In this document: in pieces, positions 8,770 to 17,887 of the stretch
Layout of the letters: the number at the start of each line of letters is the position of its first letter
How positions within the stretch are numbered: position 1 is the first letter of the stretch
Notes under the pieces: generated by a model
Database searches by the model: none
Told to the model about the DNA's origin: nothing
What the model saw: only the letters and a program-made list of their open reading frames with translations
Position numbers and translations under genes: made by a program
Assembly (NCBI GenBank): GCA_013178305.1
Contig: JABLXB010000001.1
Coordinates: 656,253 to 688,252 of the forward strand
Length of the DNA: 32,000 nucleotides
Source: Bacillota bacterium
GTDB lineage: Bacteria > Bacillota > Sulfobacillia > JABLXB01
Direction: 5' to 3'

Positions 8770-10032
8770 GTGAGCGCGATAGCGTCGTTTGTCAGCTGGT
8801 TCACAGGCCTCGGCCCGACAGTCATGGTTCCGGTGGTAATCATCATCCTTGGAATCCTCTTCAGGGCCGGCGTGGCAAAGAGTATCCGCGGCGGACTCGT
8901 AACCGGCATAGGCCTGGCGGGCCTTTTCATGGTGGTGGACGTGATAGTAGGCGCCCTGCAGCCCGCTACTGCGGCGATAGCGCAGCGTCTCGGCCTTCAG
9001 CTCACCCTTGTTGACGTGGGCTGGACCGACTGCGGCATCGCGTGGGGTTGGCCTGGAGTCGCGGCGGTCGTCATCGGAACCCTTGTCGTGAACGCAATCA
9101 TGATCGTGCTTAGACTGACGAAGACACTGTGGACGGACATCTGGAGCATCTGGCACGGCCAGGTTGTGGCCGCGTTTGTGTGGGCCGCGACCGGGAGCCT
9201 CATACTCGGAGCGGCTGCCGGCGTCCTGTTCCTCGCCCTGGGCAGCATCGCGGCGGACCTGGCCGCTCCCCGCCACCAGGAATTCAACAACTTGCCGGGC
9301 ATCGGCGTCCCGTGCGCGGTGACGTGGGTAGGCGTGATCATGAACCCGGTGGCCGAGCTGCTGAGGAAGATCCCTGTCATCAAGGACATCGACGCCTCCC
9401 CCGACTCGGTCAAGAAGAAGTTCGGCCTGTTCGGCGAGCTCCCCGTGATGGGCGCCGTCATGGGCATCATCATCGGGCTCCTGGCGGGATACAAGATCGC
9501 CGACATCCTGGGGCTGGCCATGAAGGTGGCCACCATGATGGTGCTACTCCCGAGGATGGTTTCGCTACTCAGCGAAGGATTGATCCCGATAAGTATCGCA
9601 GTCTCCGAATACTTGCAGGAGCGGTTCGGCGACCGGCAGTTCAACGTGGGTGTCGACTGCGCCGTCCTGCTGGGGCACCCGTCGGTCATGGCCTCGGCTG
9701 TCATACTGTATCCGCTCGAGGTGCTCCTGGCGGCTGCCCTGCCCGGTAACGGGATACTCCCGATCGCCAGCCTCGCGCTGATCCCGTTCTGGTGCGGCGC
9801 GGTTGTGCCTTTCACCAGGGGCAACGTGCTCCACACGGTGATCATCGTCCTGCTGTGGTCGATCCCCGTTATGTACATCGCCACCGCCCAGGCAGGAGTC
9901 CATACGGAAACGTTTAAGCTGATGGGACAGTTCACCGACAAGATCCAGCAGGGAGCCAGGTTCGCCAGCTTCGATATGGGCGGCGACGTAATCGGCGCGA
10001 TTATCCTGAAGGTGTTCACGCTGTTCAAGTAG
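8770..10032 (+). CDS. PTS galactitol-type EIIC permease
   Basis: Polytopic membrane protein: FVSWFTGLGPTVMVPVVIIILGILFRAG, VMGAVMGIIIGLLAGYKIADILGLAMKVATMMVLLPRMVSLLSEGLIPIS; flanked by IIB and IIA genes. Confidence 0.92.
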   Translation: MSAIASFVSWFTGLGPTVMVPVVIIILGILFRAGVAKSIRGGLVTGIGLAGLFMVVDVIVGALQPATAAIAQRLGLQLTLVDVGWTDCGIAWGWPGVAAVVIGTLVVNAIMIVLRLTKTLWTDIWSIWHGQVVAAFVWAATGSLILGAAAGVLFLALGSIAADLAAPRHQEFNNLPGIGVPCAVTWVGVIMNPVAELLRKIPVIKDIDASPDSVKKKFGLFGELPVMGAVMGIIIGLLAGYKIADILGLAMKVATMMVLLPRMVSLLSEGLIPISIAVSEYLQERFGDRQFNVGVDCAVLLGHPSVMASAVILYPLEVLLAAALPGNGILPIASLALIPFWCGAVVPFTRGNVLHTVIIVLLWSIPVMYIATAQAGVHTETFKLMGQFTDKIQQGARFASFDMGGDVIGAIILKVFTLFK

Positions 10033-10043
10033 GGCTTCTGAGT

Positions 10044-10084
10044 GCGGGGCCCGCTCCGTGCCGAAGCGCGGAAGCGGGCCCCGC
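10044..10084 (+). promoter_or_regulatory. Strong intercistronic stem-loop between EIIC and EIIA genes
   Basis: GCGGGGCCCGCT (10044-10055) and AGCGGGCCCCGC (10073-10084): perfect 12-bp stem, 17-nt loop, no downstream U-tract. Confidence 0.75.
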
Positions 10085-10117
10085 GCAGGGTGGGCGAATT
10101 CTCGGCAGGGCCGGCGG

Positions 10118-10594
10118 GTGAGGATATTGTTCGAGATAAAGGACGAATACGTACTGGTCAGGCCTCGGGTGACAACACGGGACGACGTGATACTTATGTT
10201 GTCCGATGCGCTCGCGCGGCACGGCGCTGTCTCCCCCGAGTACGGGCGAGATGTCCTGCAGCGGGAGCAGCAATACCCCACCGGATTACCGACTCAGGGG
10301 ATCAAGGTGGCGATCCCCCACGCGGGATCCGAGCACGTCATCCGGTCAGCCATGGCGGTGGCCCTGCTGGATAAGCCCGTCACCTTCCACTGCATGGATA
10401 AGCCTGAGGAAGGCCTCCCTGTTCGGATAGTCTTCCTCCTCGCCAACAAGAAGCCCGACGAGCAGGTCAAGTTCCTGAGATCGATCATGTCCCTGTTTGA
10501 AGACGGGGCGAATCTGAGGAGTCTCCACGTTATGCCCGACGCGGCGTCGGTGTCGGCGTTCCTGCGTGACAGGATGGCCCGGGCCGCTGTCTGA
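10118..10594 (+). CDS. PTS EIIA component (fructose/galactitol type-2 EIIA)
   Basis: GIKVAIPHAGSEHVIRSAMAVALLDKPVTF with phospho-His context AIPH; GTG 10118 (VRILFEIKDEYVLV) is more plausible than ORF-track start 10058, which lies inside the stem-loop. Confidence 0.85.
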   Translation: MRILFEIKDEYVLVRPRVTTRDDVILMLSDALARHGAVSPEYGRDVLQREQQYPTGLPTQGIKVAIPHAGSEHVIRSAMAVALLDKPVTFHCMDKPEEGLPVRIVFLLANKKPDEQVKFLRSIMSLFEDGANLRSLHVMPDAASVSAFLRDRMARAAV

Positions 10595-10617
10595 ATCCTC
10601 CAAAGAAGGCTGATCGT

Positions 10618-11754
10618 ATGGCTACCGCGAGAGATAGGGTGCTCGCCGCCCTCGACCATAAAGAGCCGGATCGTGTCCCACTGTGCCTCGGGGCGTCCGG
10701 TGCGAGTGTGACCGATGCCGTGTATTTCGCCTTGAAGACGCATTTCGGCATCGAAGGTGACGTGGAACCGTTCCGCAGCGGGCACGGCGACAACATATAC
10801 GACCCCCGCGTGTTCGACAAGATGGGCTGCGACTTCAGGCACGTGTTCCTGAAGTCGTCCCTGGCGTACAAAGCCCCGGTACTCCCCGACGGGAGCACCG
10901 TAAATGAGTGGGGCGTAGCGGTCAAGAAAGTCGGGATATTCAACGAATGGGTGAGTCACCCGTTGCAGCACGCGTCGCTCGCGGACCTCGACTCCTACCC
11001 GTGGCCCAAACCATACGAAGGACAGCGGGACCGCGGGCTGAAACAGACCACCCTCGACTACTACGAGAACACCGGATTCGCCATAGCCACGAGGTCGCCA
11101 TCGAGGGGGTTGTTCGATCTTGCTATACAGCTGCGCGGCTTCAGCGAGTTCGCGCTCGACCTCTACACCAACAGGAGGTTCGCCTCGGTGCTGCTGGGCA
11201 AGATCAACGAGGTGTTGATGGCTTTCTACGACGTGCTCCTCGACGACACCGGCCCCTACGTGCACATCGTCGAAACCCAGGACGACATGGGTCACCAGAA
11301 CGGGCCGTTCTTCTCGCCCAAGACGTTCAGGGAGTTTTTCAAGCCTCTCAGGCGGGAACTCAACGCGTTTATAGGGCGAAAGGCACCGAACGCCCGAATC
11401 TACCTCCACTCGTGCGGGGCCGTGAGCGAGTTCATAGACGACCTGATCGACTGTGGGATTCAGGTGCTCAACCCGGTGCAGCCGCTGGCGCGAGGCATGG
11501 ACACGACAACCCTGAAGCAGCGGTACGGCGCGGCGCTGACCTTCCACGGGGCGATCGACCTGCAGCGCGCACTGGCCGGCACGCCGGAGGACGTGGAACG
11601 AGAGGTCAAGACGAGGGTACGCGACCTGGCCCCCGGCGGCGGATACATCCTGTCCCCCGCGAACGTCGTCCAGGCCGATGTCCCGGTAAGCAACCTCATA
11701 CTGCTCTTTGACCTGGCGAGGAGGTACGGCGCCTATCCGATCTCAGTCGGGTGA
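10618..11754 (+). CDS. Uroporphyrinogen decarboxylase (URO-D) superfamily protein, probable corrinoid-linked methyltransferase rather than HemE
   Basis: MATARDRVLAALDHKEPDRVPLCLG start typical of the family, IYLHSCGAVSEFIDDLIDCGIQVLNPVQP; co-directional with a corrinoid protein gene. Confidence 0.8.
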   Translation: MATARDRVLAALDHKEPDRVPLCLGASGASVTDAVYFALKTHFGIEGDVEPFRSGHGDNIYDPRVFDKMGCDFRHVFLKSSLAYKAPVLPDGSTVNEWGVAVKKVGIFNEWVSHPLQHASLADLDSYPWPKPYEGQRDRGLKQTTLDYYENTGFAIATRSPSRGLFDLAIQLRGFSEFALDLYTNRRFASVLLGKINEVLMAFYDVLLDDTGPYVHIVETQDDMGHQNGPFFSPKTFREFFKPLRRELNAFIGRKAPNARIYLHSCGAVSEFIDDLIDCGIQVLNPVQPLARGMDTTTLKQRYGAALTFHGAIDLQRALAGTPEDVEREVKTRVRDLAPGGGYILSPANVVQADVPVSNLILLFDLARRYGAYPISVG

Positions 11755-11758
11755 TCCG

Positions 11759-12069
11759 GTGGGAACCGCGCGCAGAGCGCGGCTGCCCCTAATACTCGTG
11801 GCGGGGGGCTCGTGCGGCAACGCGATGCAGCGAGCCGCCGAGCGCATCAGGCAGGCCTCCGAAAGCGCGGGCGTTCAGGCGCAGGTGCTCATCCAGAACC
11901 TCTGGGAGCGGGCCGAACCGGATTCGCGCGCCGACGTGATCGTCCAGATGTTCCCGTTCTTCTCCGCGCTGGATGTCCCTGTGCTGGACGGAAGGCCGTT
12001 CATCCTCGGCAAGGGCGAGGACGAGCTGCTCGCCAGGATACTCTCACTGATCTGCGAGGAGGCACGACA

Positions 12070-12073
<4 letters not shown>
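11759..12073 (+). CDS. Small PTS EIIB-like protein lacking the canonical active-site cysteine
   Basis: LPLILVAGGSCGNAMQRAAERIRQASESAGVQAQVLIQNLWE...ADVIVQMFPFF...DVPVLDGRPFILGKGEDELLARIL; in-frame GTG at 11759; stop overlaps next ATG. Confidence 0.6.
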
Positions 12074-12714
<641 letters not shown>

Positions 12715-12735
12715 GCGGCAGAGGACACGGCGCGC

Positions 12736-13875
12736 TCACAGTATATAGATGTCCGGAATCACGATTTTCCCCTTTTCGGTTGAGACCGATGTCCTCGGCC
12801 AGGTGCTCCCCATGGATGCAACCTCGAGCCCGTATTCGGTCAACAGAACCAGCTCTTCCACCTGTACCCCGCCCACCGTGATGAACCAGTCAAATGCCTG
12901 GTTGCTCTCGACCAGCATGTCTGTCCAGCATCGAGTTGGGTCCCCTACAAAGTAACCGGTTGGGCCGCCCTGAAAGTGCAACTCCCACTCGTCGGGGTAA
13001 CCCATCTCGGAATACCAGTTTTTCTGATGCTGAAGGATGCTGGAGTAAGCGACCCCATTTTCGAGCATTCCCAATACTTGACCTTCAATCGTTACCGCGG
13101 CGCGGTGAGCATCCCGGATTCTTCGTGGGGGCTCGCCAAGGCTGACCAGTCGATTGACGTTCGCGTGCAGTCCCCAGCGGCTCGAGGCTGAATGGATGAG
13201 GGCATACTTCTCCAGCCTCTTTGGGGATGGAAGCGCATGCCAGTATCTCTCCAGGCGATCATCACTGCCAACAATGATGACCTCCGGTTCAATTCCATCC
13301 AGTACCAAACATGAATGCAGTTGCCGCCCGATTTCGCTCTCGGACATCCCCGGACGCACCCAACGGGCTATTTCCTCAAGGATCAACGCGGTCTGGTGGC
13401 CGAGCCAACGAGAGCGGTCCAATTCCAGTTCACTCAGGGGTCCATGAACCCGCTGGATGTCCACCGCTTTCGTGCCGGGAAACCCGGCGTCCGAAGCGAT
13501 GTTTTTCCCCGCCAACCCGAAGGCTCCGGTTCTCGGATCACCCTGGTGCCATTTTGAGGCGATCGGTTCATAGCCCTGCCCGGGGATCTGTTCCTCGAGG
13601 ATTCGGGCCACATCCATAGTGAAGGCCAGCAGATATTGACGCTCGGGGGTAATCAACAGGTGGCCGAAGCCGTATTCCGTGTGTTTCAATACGTGATTGT
13701 CGCCGCCGCACGTAAGCCACGCGAAGTTGTCTCGCCGAGAGACTATTATCCCATCGAGGCGCTGCGATTCCATCCAGGATCTCAATCGTGTGATTCGCTC
13801 ACTCGCAACCGAATGGACCCTTGCGTCATCCTGAGTCACCGGAATTCTGCGGGACAACTCCTCCAGATAGATCAC
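12736..13875 (-). CDS. M24 (creatinase/aminopeptidase P)-fold protein, probable non-canonical active site
   Basis: VASERITRLRSWMESQRLDGIIVSRRDNFAWLTCGG creatinase-N-like domain and a C-terminal pita-bread-like LHFQGGPTGY...GGVQVEELVLLTEYG; GTGA overlap with upstream gene. Confidence 0.72.
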   Translation of the reverse strand: MIYLEELSRRIPVTQDDARVHSVASERITRLRSWMESQRLDGIIVSRRDNFAWLTCGGDNHVLKHTEYGFGHLLITPERQYLLAFTMDVARILEEQIPGQGYEPIASKWHQGDPRTGAFGLAGKNIASDAGFPGTKAVDIQRVHGPLSELELDRSRWLGHQTALILEEIARWVRPGMSESEIGRQLHSCLVLDGIEPEVIIVGSDDRLERYWHALPSPKRLEKYALIHSASSRWGLHANVNRLVSLGEPPRRIRDAHRAAVTIEGQVLGMLENGVAYSSILQHQKNWYSEMGYPDEWELHFQGGPTGYFVGDPTRCWTDMLVESNQAFDWFITVGGVQVEELVLLTEYGLEVASMGSTWPRTSVSTEKGKIVIPDIYIL

Positions 13876-14717
13876 TCCCGAGTCTCCATGTAGCCACGCA
13901 TTCGCTTAACGGCTTCCACTACAGCCGGGTAAGGATCGAACGAGTAACTCCATCCCAACTCCAACGTCAGGAATCCCTGGTAATCATATCTGCGAAGGAG
14001 GCCCATCATTTCCTCAAAATCGAACGTCCCATCGCCCGGGATAGCGTTTTGTTGCTCTCTCGAGTTGTTGTCGTTGACATGCACCTGCCAGAGGTACTCC
14101 CCCAGACCGTCCAGCGCCGGCTGAAGACCCTCTTTAGACAGGTTCAAGTGGCCTGTATCAATGACAACCCCAACCATGTCTGACTGCAGGTCTCGAATTA
14201 CCTGGATAGCTTGACTCGTGTGATTCAAATAGCCGCTCAATCTGGGGTAAACGACCTCGATCCCAAGTCTCATTCCACGCATTTCCGCATGATCACACAC
14301 TGTCTCCAGGCTACGGATGAAGGTCCCGCGGGAATCCTCCAGAGTCTGACCGTATAGAGTGTTAGTTGGGACCACCAGTACATGATGGGCTCCCATTAGA
14401 ACGGCATTATCGATGCAGTCTTTCATGTAATTGACGCTGTCAACACGAATTGCGTCCACGGGACTTGAAAGTGAAAACGGATAGCGGAAGAAGGCCGGCA
14501 ATACTGACACTACTGCTAACCCGCTACTCTCGATTCTCTTTTTCAACTCCGCGAGGGTCCCGGCTGGATAGTCGTTCCGAAACAGGTGTGGTCGCCCGCA
14601 CCAGAGATCAATTCCATCCAATCCCGCTTGGATGACCTGCTCCACAGCAGCGTCAAGTGGGTAATTCACGAATACCGATGTGGCGGTAGATATTCTCACT
14701 AAGATATCTCTCCTCAA
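13872..14717 (-). CDS. Sugar phosphate isomerase/epimerase (xylose-isomerase-like TIM barrel)
   Basis: GLDGIDLWCGRPHLF, LGIEVVYPR, VGVVIDTGHLNLS, YLWQVHVNDNN, FLTLELGWSY. Confidence 0.85.
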   Translation of the reverse strand: MRRDILVRISTATSVFVNYPLDAAVEQVIQAGLDGIDLWCGRPHLFRNDYPAGTLAELKKRIESSGLAVVSVLPAFFRYPFSLSSPVDAIRVDSVNYMKDCIDNAVLMGAHHVLVVPTNTLYGQTLEDSRGTFIRSLETVCDHAEMRGMRLGIEVVYPRLSGYLNHTSQAIQVIRDLQSDMVGVVIDTGHLNLSKEGLQPALDGLGEYLWQVHVNDNNSREQQNAIPGDGTFDFEEMMGLLRRYDYQGFLTLELGWSYSFDPYPAVVEAVKRMRGYMETRE

Positions 14718-15370
14718 ACAGGTCGCTGGTGAATCTGGTAGTCCTGCATGATCAATCGACGCATCAAGAGCTCGCGTCTCAGTCGCTCGGGATTGATGAC
14801 CACGGCCGCCGGCAAGCCATGATTGATCGAATGAACGGTTCTCTTTATGTCACTGTCCAGCAGCAAGCATTGCTCCGAAGGAACCTGAACCCTGTTGGGC
14901 AAGTAATAGAACACATCGGGGAGCACCCTCAACAATCGACTATCTTCCAGGCATATGATTCTCTCAGGTGGAAAGTGGAGGAGGACTTCCTGGGAAGACG
15001 GCAATTCCTTAAACCACGCTTCAGGCAGGTCAACAACCAACCATCGATCGACCTCGGCTTTGACTCGTGTGACTGCATCCAAAACGCCTGGAATCAACAC
15101 CAGTCGACTGAGCATTCTCTTGAGGAAGAGTTCAGGCGAACCTTCAATCCCGAGAGACCTCACAGCGACCTGGCAGAATTCCTGGCCGTCTATTCTCCCC
15201 AGGGCCAGGTCATCCCGCATTTCCCGGTATCGGGAGATGGCCGCCGGATTGATCCCGGCAATCCCAAACGAAGGCAATATTTCTGTAACGGCGGCATCAA
15301 GAGCCGGCAATAGAACCCCGCTTGTCCAGAAGAACAGTACCCGTGTTTCGCCCATGCGTCTATTCCCCAA
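14714..15370 (-). CDS. HAD-like protein with degenerate motif I
   Basis: RVLFFWTSGVLLPAL... FGIAGINPAAISRYREMRDDLALGRIDGQEFCQ ... FYYLPNRVQVPSEQCLLLDSDIKRTVHSINHGLPAAVVI, matching the HAD class Ia layout; alternative ATG at 15355. Confidence 0.65.
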   Translation of the reverse strand: MGNRRMGETRVLFFWTSGVLLPALDAAVTEILPSFGIAGINPAAISRYREMRDDLALGRIDGQEFCQVAVRSLGIEGSPELFLKRMLSRLVLIPGVLDAVTRVKAEVDRWLVVDLPEAWFKELPSSQEVLLHFPPERIICLEDSRLLRVLPDVFYYLPNRVQVPSEQCLLLDSDIKRTVHSINHGLPAAVVINPERLRRELLMRRLIMQDYQIHQRPV

Positions 15371-15782
15371 TCGCCTGAAGTATCAAATAGCGGGGTTCCT
15401 GGTCCACCTGGTCGTCGATCACCAGGATATCCTGATACGTGCCGAGCGCCAGCTTGCCATTCACGACAGGGGCACTCACCTGGGTCTGCATCAAGGCCGA
15501 ACGAATATGGGCGTGGCCGTTGAAGTCCACCGCGCGGATATGATGCTTGTAGGGGTAATTGGTAGGCACGATTCGCTCGAACACATCGCTTAGATCAGCA
15601 ACGATCCCCGACTCGTGTTCACCGATGATAACTGCTCCAGTCGTGTGCTGAAGAAATACGAGAACCTGGCCGTTTTTCAAACCGGAGGCTCGGACGAATT
15701 CCGCCACCCGGTCGGTGATGTTGATTACATTGAACCGTCCGTCCGACAGAAGCTCAATCTGCTCACTGATGACCATCGTCAT
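15360..15782 (-). CDS. YjbQ/UPF0047 family protein (secondary thiamine-phosphate synthase fold)
   Basis: NGQVLVFLQHTTGAVIIGEHESG...DFNGHAHIRSALMQTQVSAPVVNGKLALGTYQDILVIDD. Confidence 0.85.
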   Translation of the reverse strand: MTMVISEQIELLSDGRFNVINITDRVAEFVRASGLKNGQVLVFLQHTTGAVIIGEHESGIVADLSDVFERIVPTNYPYKHHIRAVDFNGHAHIRSALMQTQVSAPVVNGKLALGTYQDILVIDDQVDQEPRYLILQAIGE

Positions 15783-16894
15783 GTCACCTTCCCGCGCCCG
15801 TGCAGGTCCCAGACAGCTTCAACGACATCTCCTCTCATCGCGTAAATTTGGTCGAACAGGATGACCGTTCCATTGGCGTCCTTCACCCACAACTCAACCT
15901 TATCTCCGATCTTTGGGGGCGGGCTGTCCGGCTGAATCCTCAACCTGCTGTGTTCTTGCGGCATTGAGAATACTTCGCCCCGCGGGTGTTTCACCTCGGG
16001 GAAACCATAGGCTAACGAAATAGACTTTCGGCCGACATCCAGGATGGCCAGGTCTTCGGCCCCCGGCCGGTCGGGCCTGCTGACGACAGTAGCCAGGACC
16101 GACAGCGCGCATTCAAATTCGCTCAGACCATTGTCACGGTAGGTAGTATCGTTGAAGATATAGGTGCCGGCCTGCAGCTCAGTAAGACCGTGCACTGAGC
16201 AGGCAGATTTGTAGGTGGCACTCCCGCCTCCACTAACGATCTCGACGGGGATTCCTGACTCGATCAGATCGTTTTTTACGGCAACCAGGATCTCATAAGC
16301 CTGAACGGATCGTTGTTCCTGCTCAACCTTGTTTTCTACGAAGGCCAGGTGCCCGTCATACCCCATGATGCCTCGAAATCGCAGCCCCGGGGTCGACAAA
16401 ATCGTCTTGACCATTCTCCTGGCCGGACCAAACGGCTCCACCCCGCAACGGTCATTGCCGATGTTCACTTCCACAAGGACACCGATCTGCACTGCCCTTG
16501 CTTGAGCCATCTCCGAGAGCATCTGGATATTCTCATAAGAATCGACGGCTACGATTACATCTGTGTAGGCCGCAAGATTGACCAGCCGTTGAACCTTGCG
16601 TGAACCCACCACCTGATTGGCTATCAGGATATCACGTATCCCCGCTGCGGCCAGAGTCTCCGCTTCAGATAGCTTGGACACCGTCAAACCGATGGCGCCT
16701 GCGCGCAATTGCATCCAGGCGAAAACGGCGGTCGCTTTGTAGATCTTGGCGTGGGGACGAAGGCTGATCCCGGCCGCACGGCAGAGGTCAGCCATTGTCC
16801 GAATGTTTCTTTCCACCGCCGCCAGATCCACAAGCAGTGCAGGGGTATCCAGATCGTACTTATGCAGTCCAACCTCATATTCGTGGCTACTCAT
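15779..16894 (-). CDS. PLP-dependent D-threonine aldolase / D-serine dehydratase-like protein (alanine racemase N-terminal fold)
   Basis: LDTPALLVDLAAVERNIRTMADLCRAAGISLRPHAKIYKA...GLTVSKLSEAETLAAAGIRDILIANQVV...EVNIGNDRCGVEP. Confidence 0.87.
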   Translation of the reverse strand: MSSHEYEVGLHKYDLDTPALLVDLAAVERNIRTMADLCRAAGISLRPHAKIYKATAVFAWMQLRAGAIGLTVSKLSEAETLAAAGIRDILIANQVVGSRKVQRLVNLAAYTDVIVAVDSYENIQMLSEMAQARAVQIGVLVEVNIGNDRCGVEPFGPARRMVKTILSTPGLRFRGIMGYDGHLAFVENKVEQEQRSVQAYEILVAVKNDLIESGIPVEIVSGGGSATYKSACSVHGLTELQAGTYIFNDTTYRDNGLSEFECALSVLATVVSRPDRPGAEDLAILDVGRKSISLAYGFPEVKHPRGEVFSMPQEHSRLRIQPDSPPPKIGDKVELWVKDANGTVILFDQIYAMRGDVVEAVWDLHGRGKVT

Positions 16895-16903
16895 ACGGCC
16901 CCC

Positions 16904-17887
16904 TCAATACTCTGGAATCATTTCCCCGTCAACAACCTTCTTCTGGATTTCCATAATCTCGACAGGGTCAATGCATGCTCGAAGCACTGCGCGTACTACG
17001 TAATCACCTTTTCGCCCAACAAACACCGCCGACACGGATTTCTGCCCGGCCAGAGCCATGACCCGGTCTGCTAATGGTCGATAGGAAATGCCTGGACCCA
17101 GGAAATCCTCGACCTGCTCCGTATTCCAGACGATCGCGTCAATCTCACCCCTCTTGAGGAGCTGCGAAATCTGGATGAATGAAACCGATCGGGTTTCAAC
17201 GTCTTGACCGGCAAATTCCAGGTCCGTCAGCATGCAGTGATCGTGGGACTGCGGGTCTACAGCTACACGAAGCGGCCTTCCCGGTTCCGGCGGCTGATTC
17301 CGGTAGAACACACTGTATCCAGAAAGCCAGGTTGTCGGGGGCAGTGAAAGCAATACTTCGTTTTCTTGTCCGGTCAATTCTCCGGCGGCCAGTCCTGACA
17401 TTACCACGGCATGACAGCGGTTATCGTGAAGGGCTTTCAGGCGAGTCCGCGATCCGCGGATAAAGATCAAGTAGGCTTCCATCCCCGCCTTCTCAAATCC
17501 GATTTTCAGACCGGTTGCCAGGCCTTCAAACCGGCGGTGCATCGGCAGGGTCAGGGCAATTACCAGGGGACCCTGTCCCAACAGGTTCCACAACCTGCTG
17601 ACCGATATCCTGGTAAGATAGGACCCCATGTGCCCACGCCTCTGAATGTCGACCGCGCCCATATCCTGCAGGCCCCTGAGTGCCGTTGAGATCGCTCCCA
17701 CACTCATCTGCGTGGAAGACGACAACTCACGTATGCTGGGAAGACGCTTTCCCTCCCCCAATTGGAGGAAATACCCCGCCAGGCTCGCCTGCAAATCTCG
17801 AACGTTTCGCCGCCCAGAATTCTCCAGGTTCAACTCAAGTTCTCCATTCATATATCTATTTATCGAGGCTTCATGTACAAGAGTCAA
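16904..17887 (-). CDS. YhfZ-family GntR-like transcriptional regulator with periplasmic-binding-protein-like effector domain
   Basis: GKRLPSIRELSSSTQMSVGAISTALRGLQDMGAVDIQRRGHMGSYL wHTH; ALTLPMHRRFEGLATGLKIGFE, RVAVDPQSHDH, KRGEIDAIVWNTEQ, EIQKKVVDGEMIPEY resemble E. coli YhfZ as recalled; TTG start, ATG alternative at residue 13. Confidence 0.72.
   Translation of the reverse strand: MTLVHEASINRYMNGELELNLENSGRRNVRDLQASLAGYFLQLGEGKRLPSIRELSSSTQMSVGAISTALRGLQDMGAVDIQRRGHMGSYLTRISVSRLWNLLGQGPLVIALTLPMHRRFEGLATGLKIGFEKAGMEAYLIFIRGSRTRLKALHDNRCHAVVMSGLAAGELTGQENEVLLSLPPTTWLSGYSVFYRNQPPEPGRPLRVAVDPQSHDHCMLTDLEFAGQDVETRSVSFIQISQLLKRGEIDAIVWNTEQVEDFLGPGISYRPLADRVMALAGQKSVSAVFVGRKGDYVVRAVLRACIDPVEIMEIQKKVVDGEMIPEY

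Noticed and set aside
10294-11547. 417-aa minus-strand ORF antisense to the EIIA and URO-D genes
   Set aside because: Sense strand carries well-supported proteins; antisense product looks like reverse-frame noise (rich in Arg/Val/Glu/His) with no motif.
10618-11754. Annotation as heme biosynthesis HemE
   Set aside because: Sequence layout and linkage to a corrinoid protein fit the URO-D superfamily methyltransferase-like branch better; no heme genes nearby.
12715-12735. Possible terminator between convergent operons
   Set aside because: Only 21 bp with no convincing hairpin or U-tract; any terminator must lie within the coding ends.
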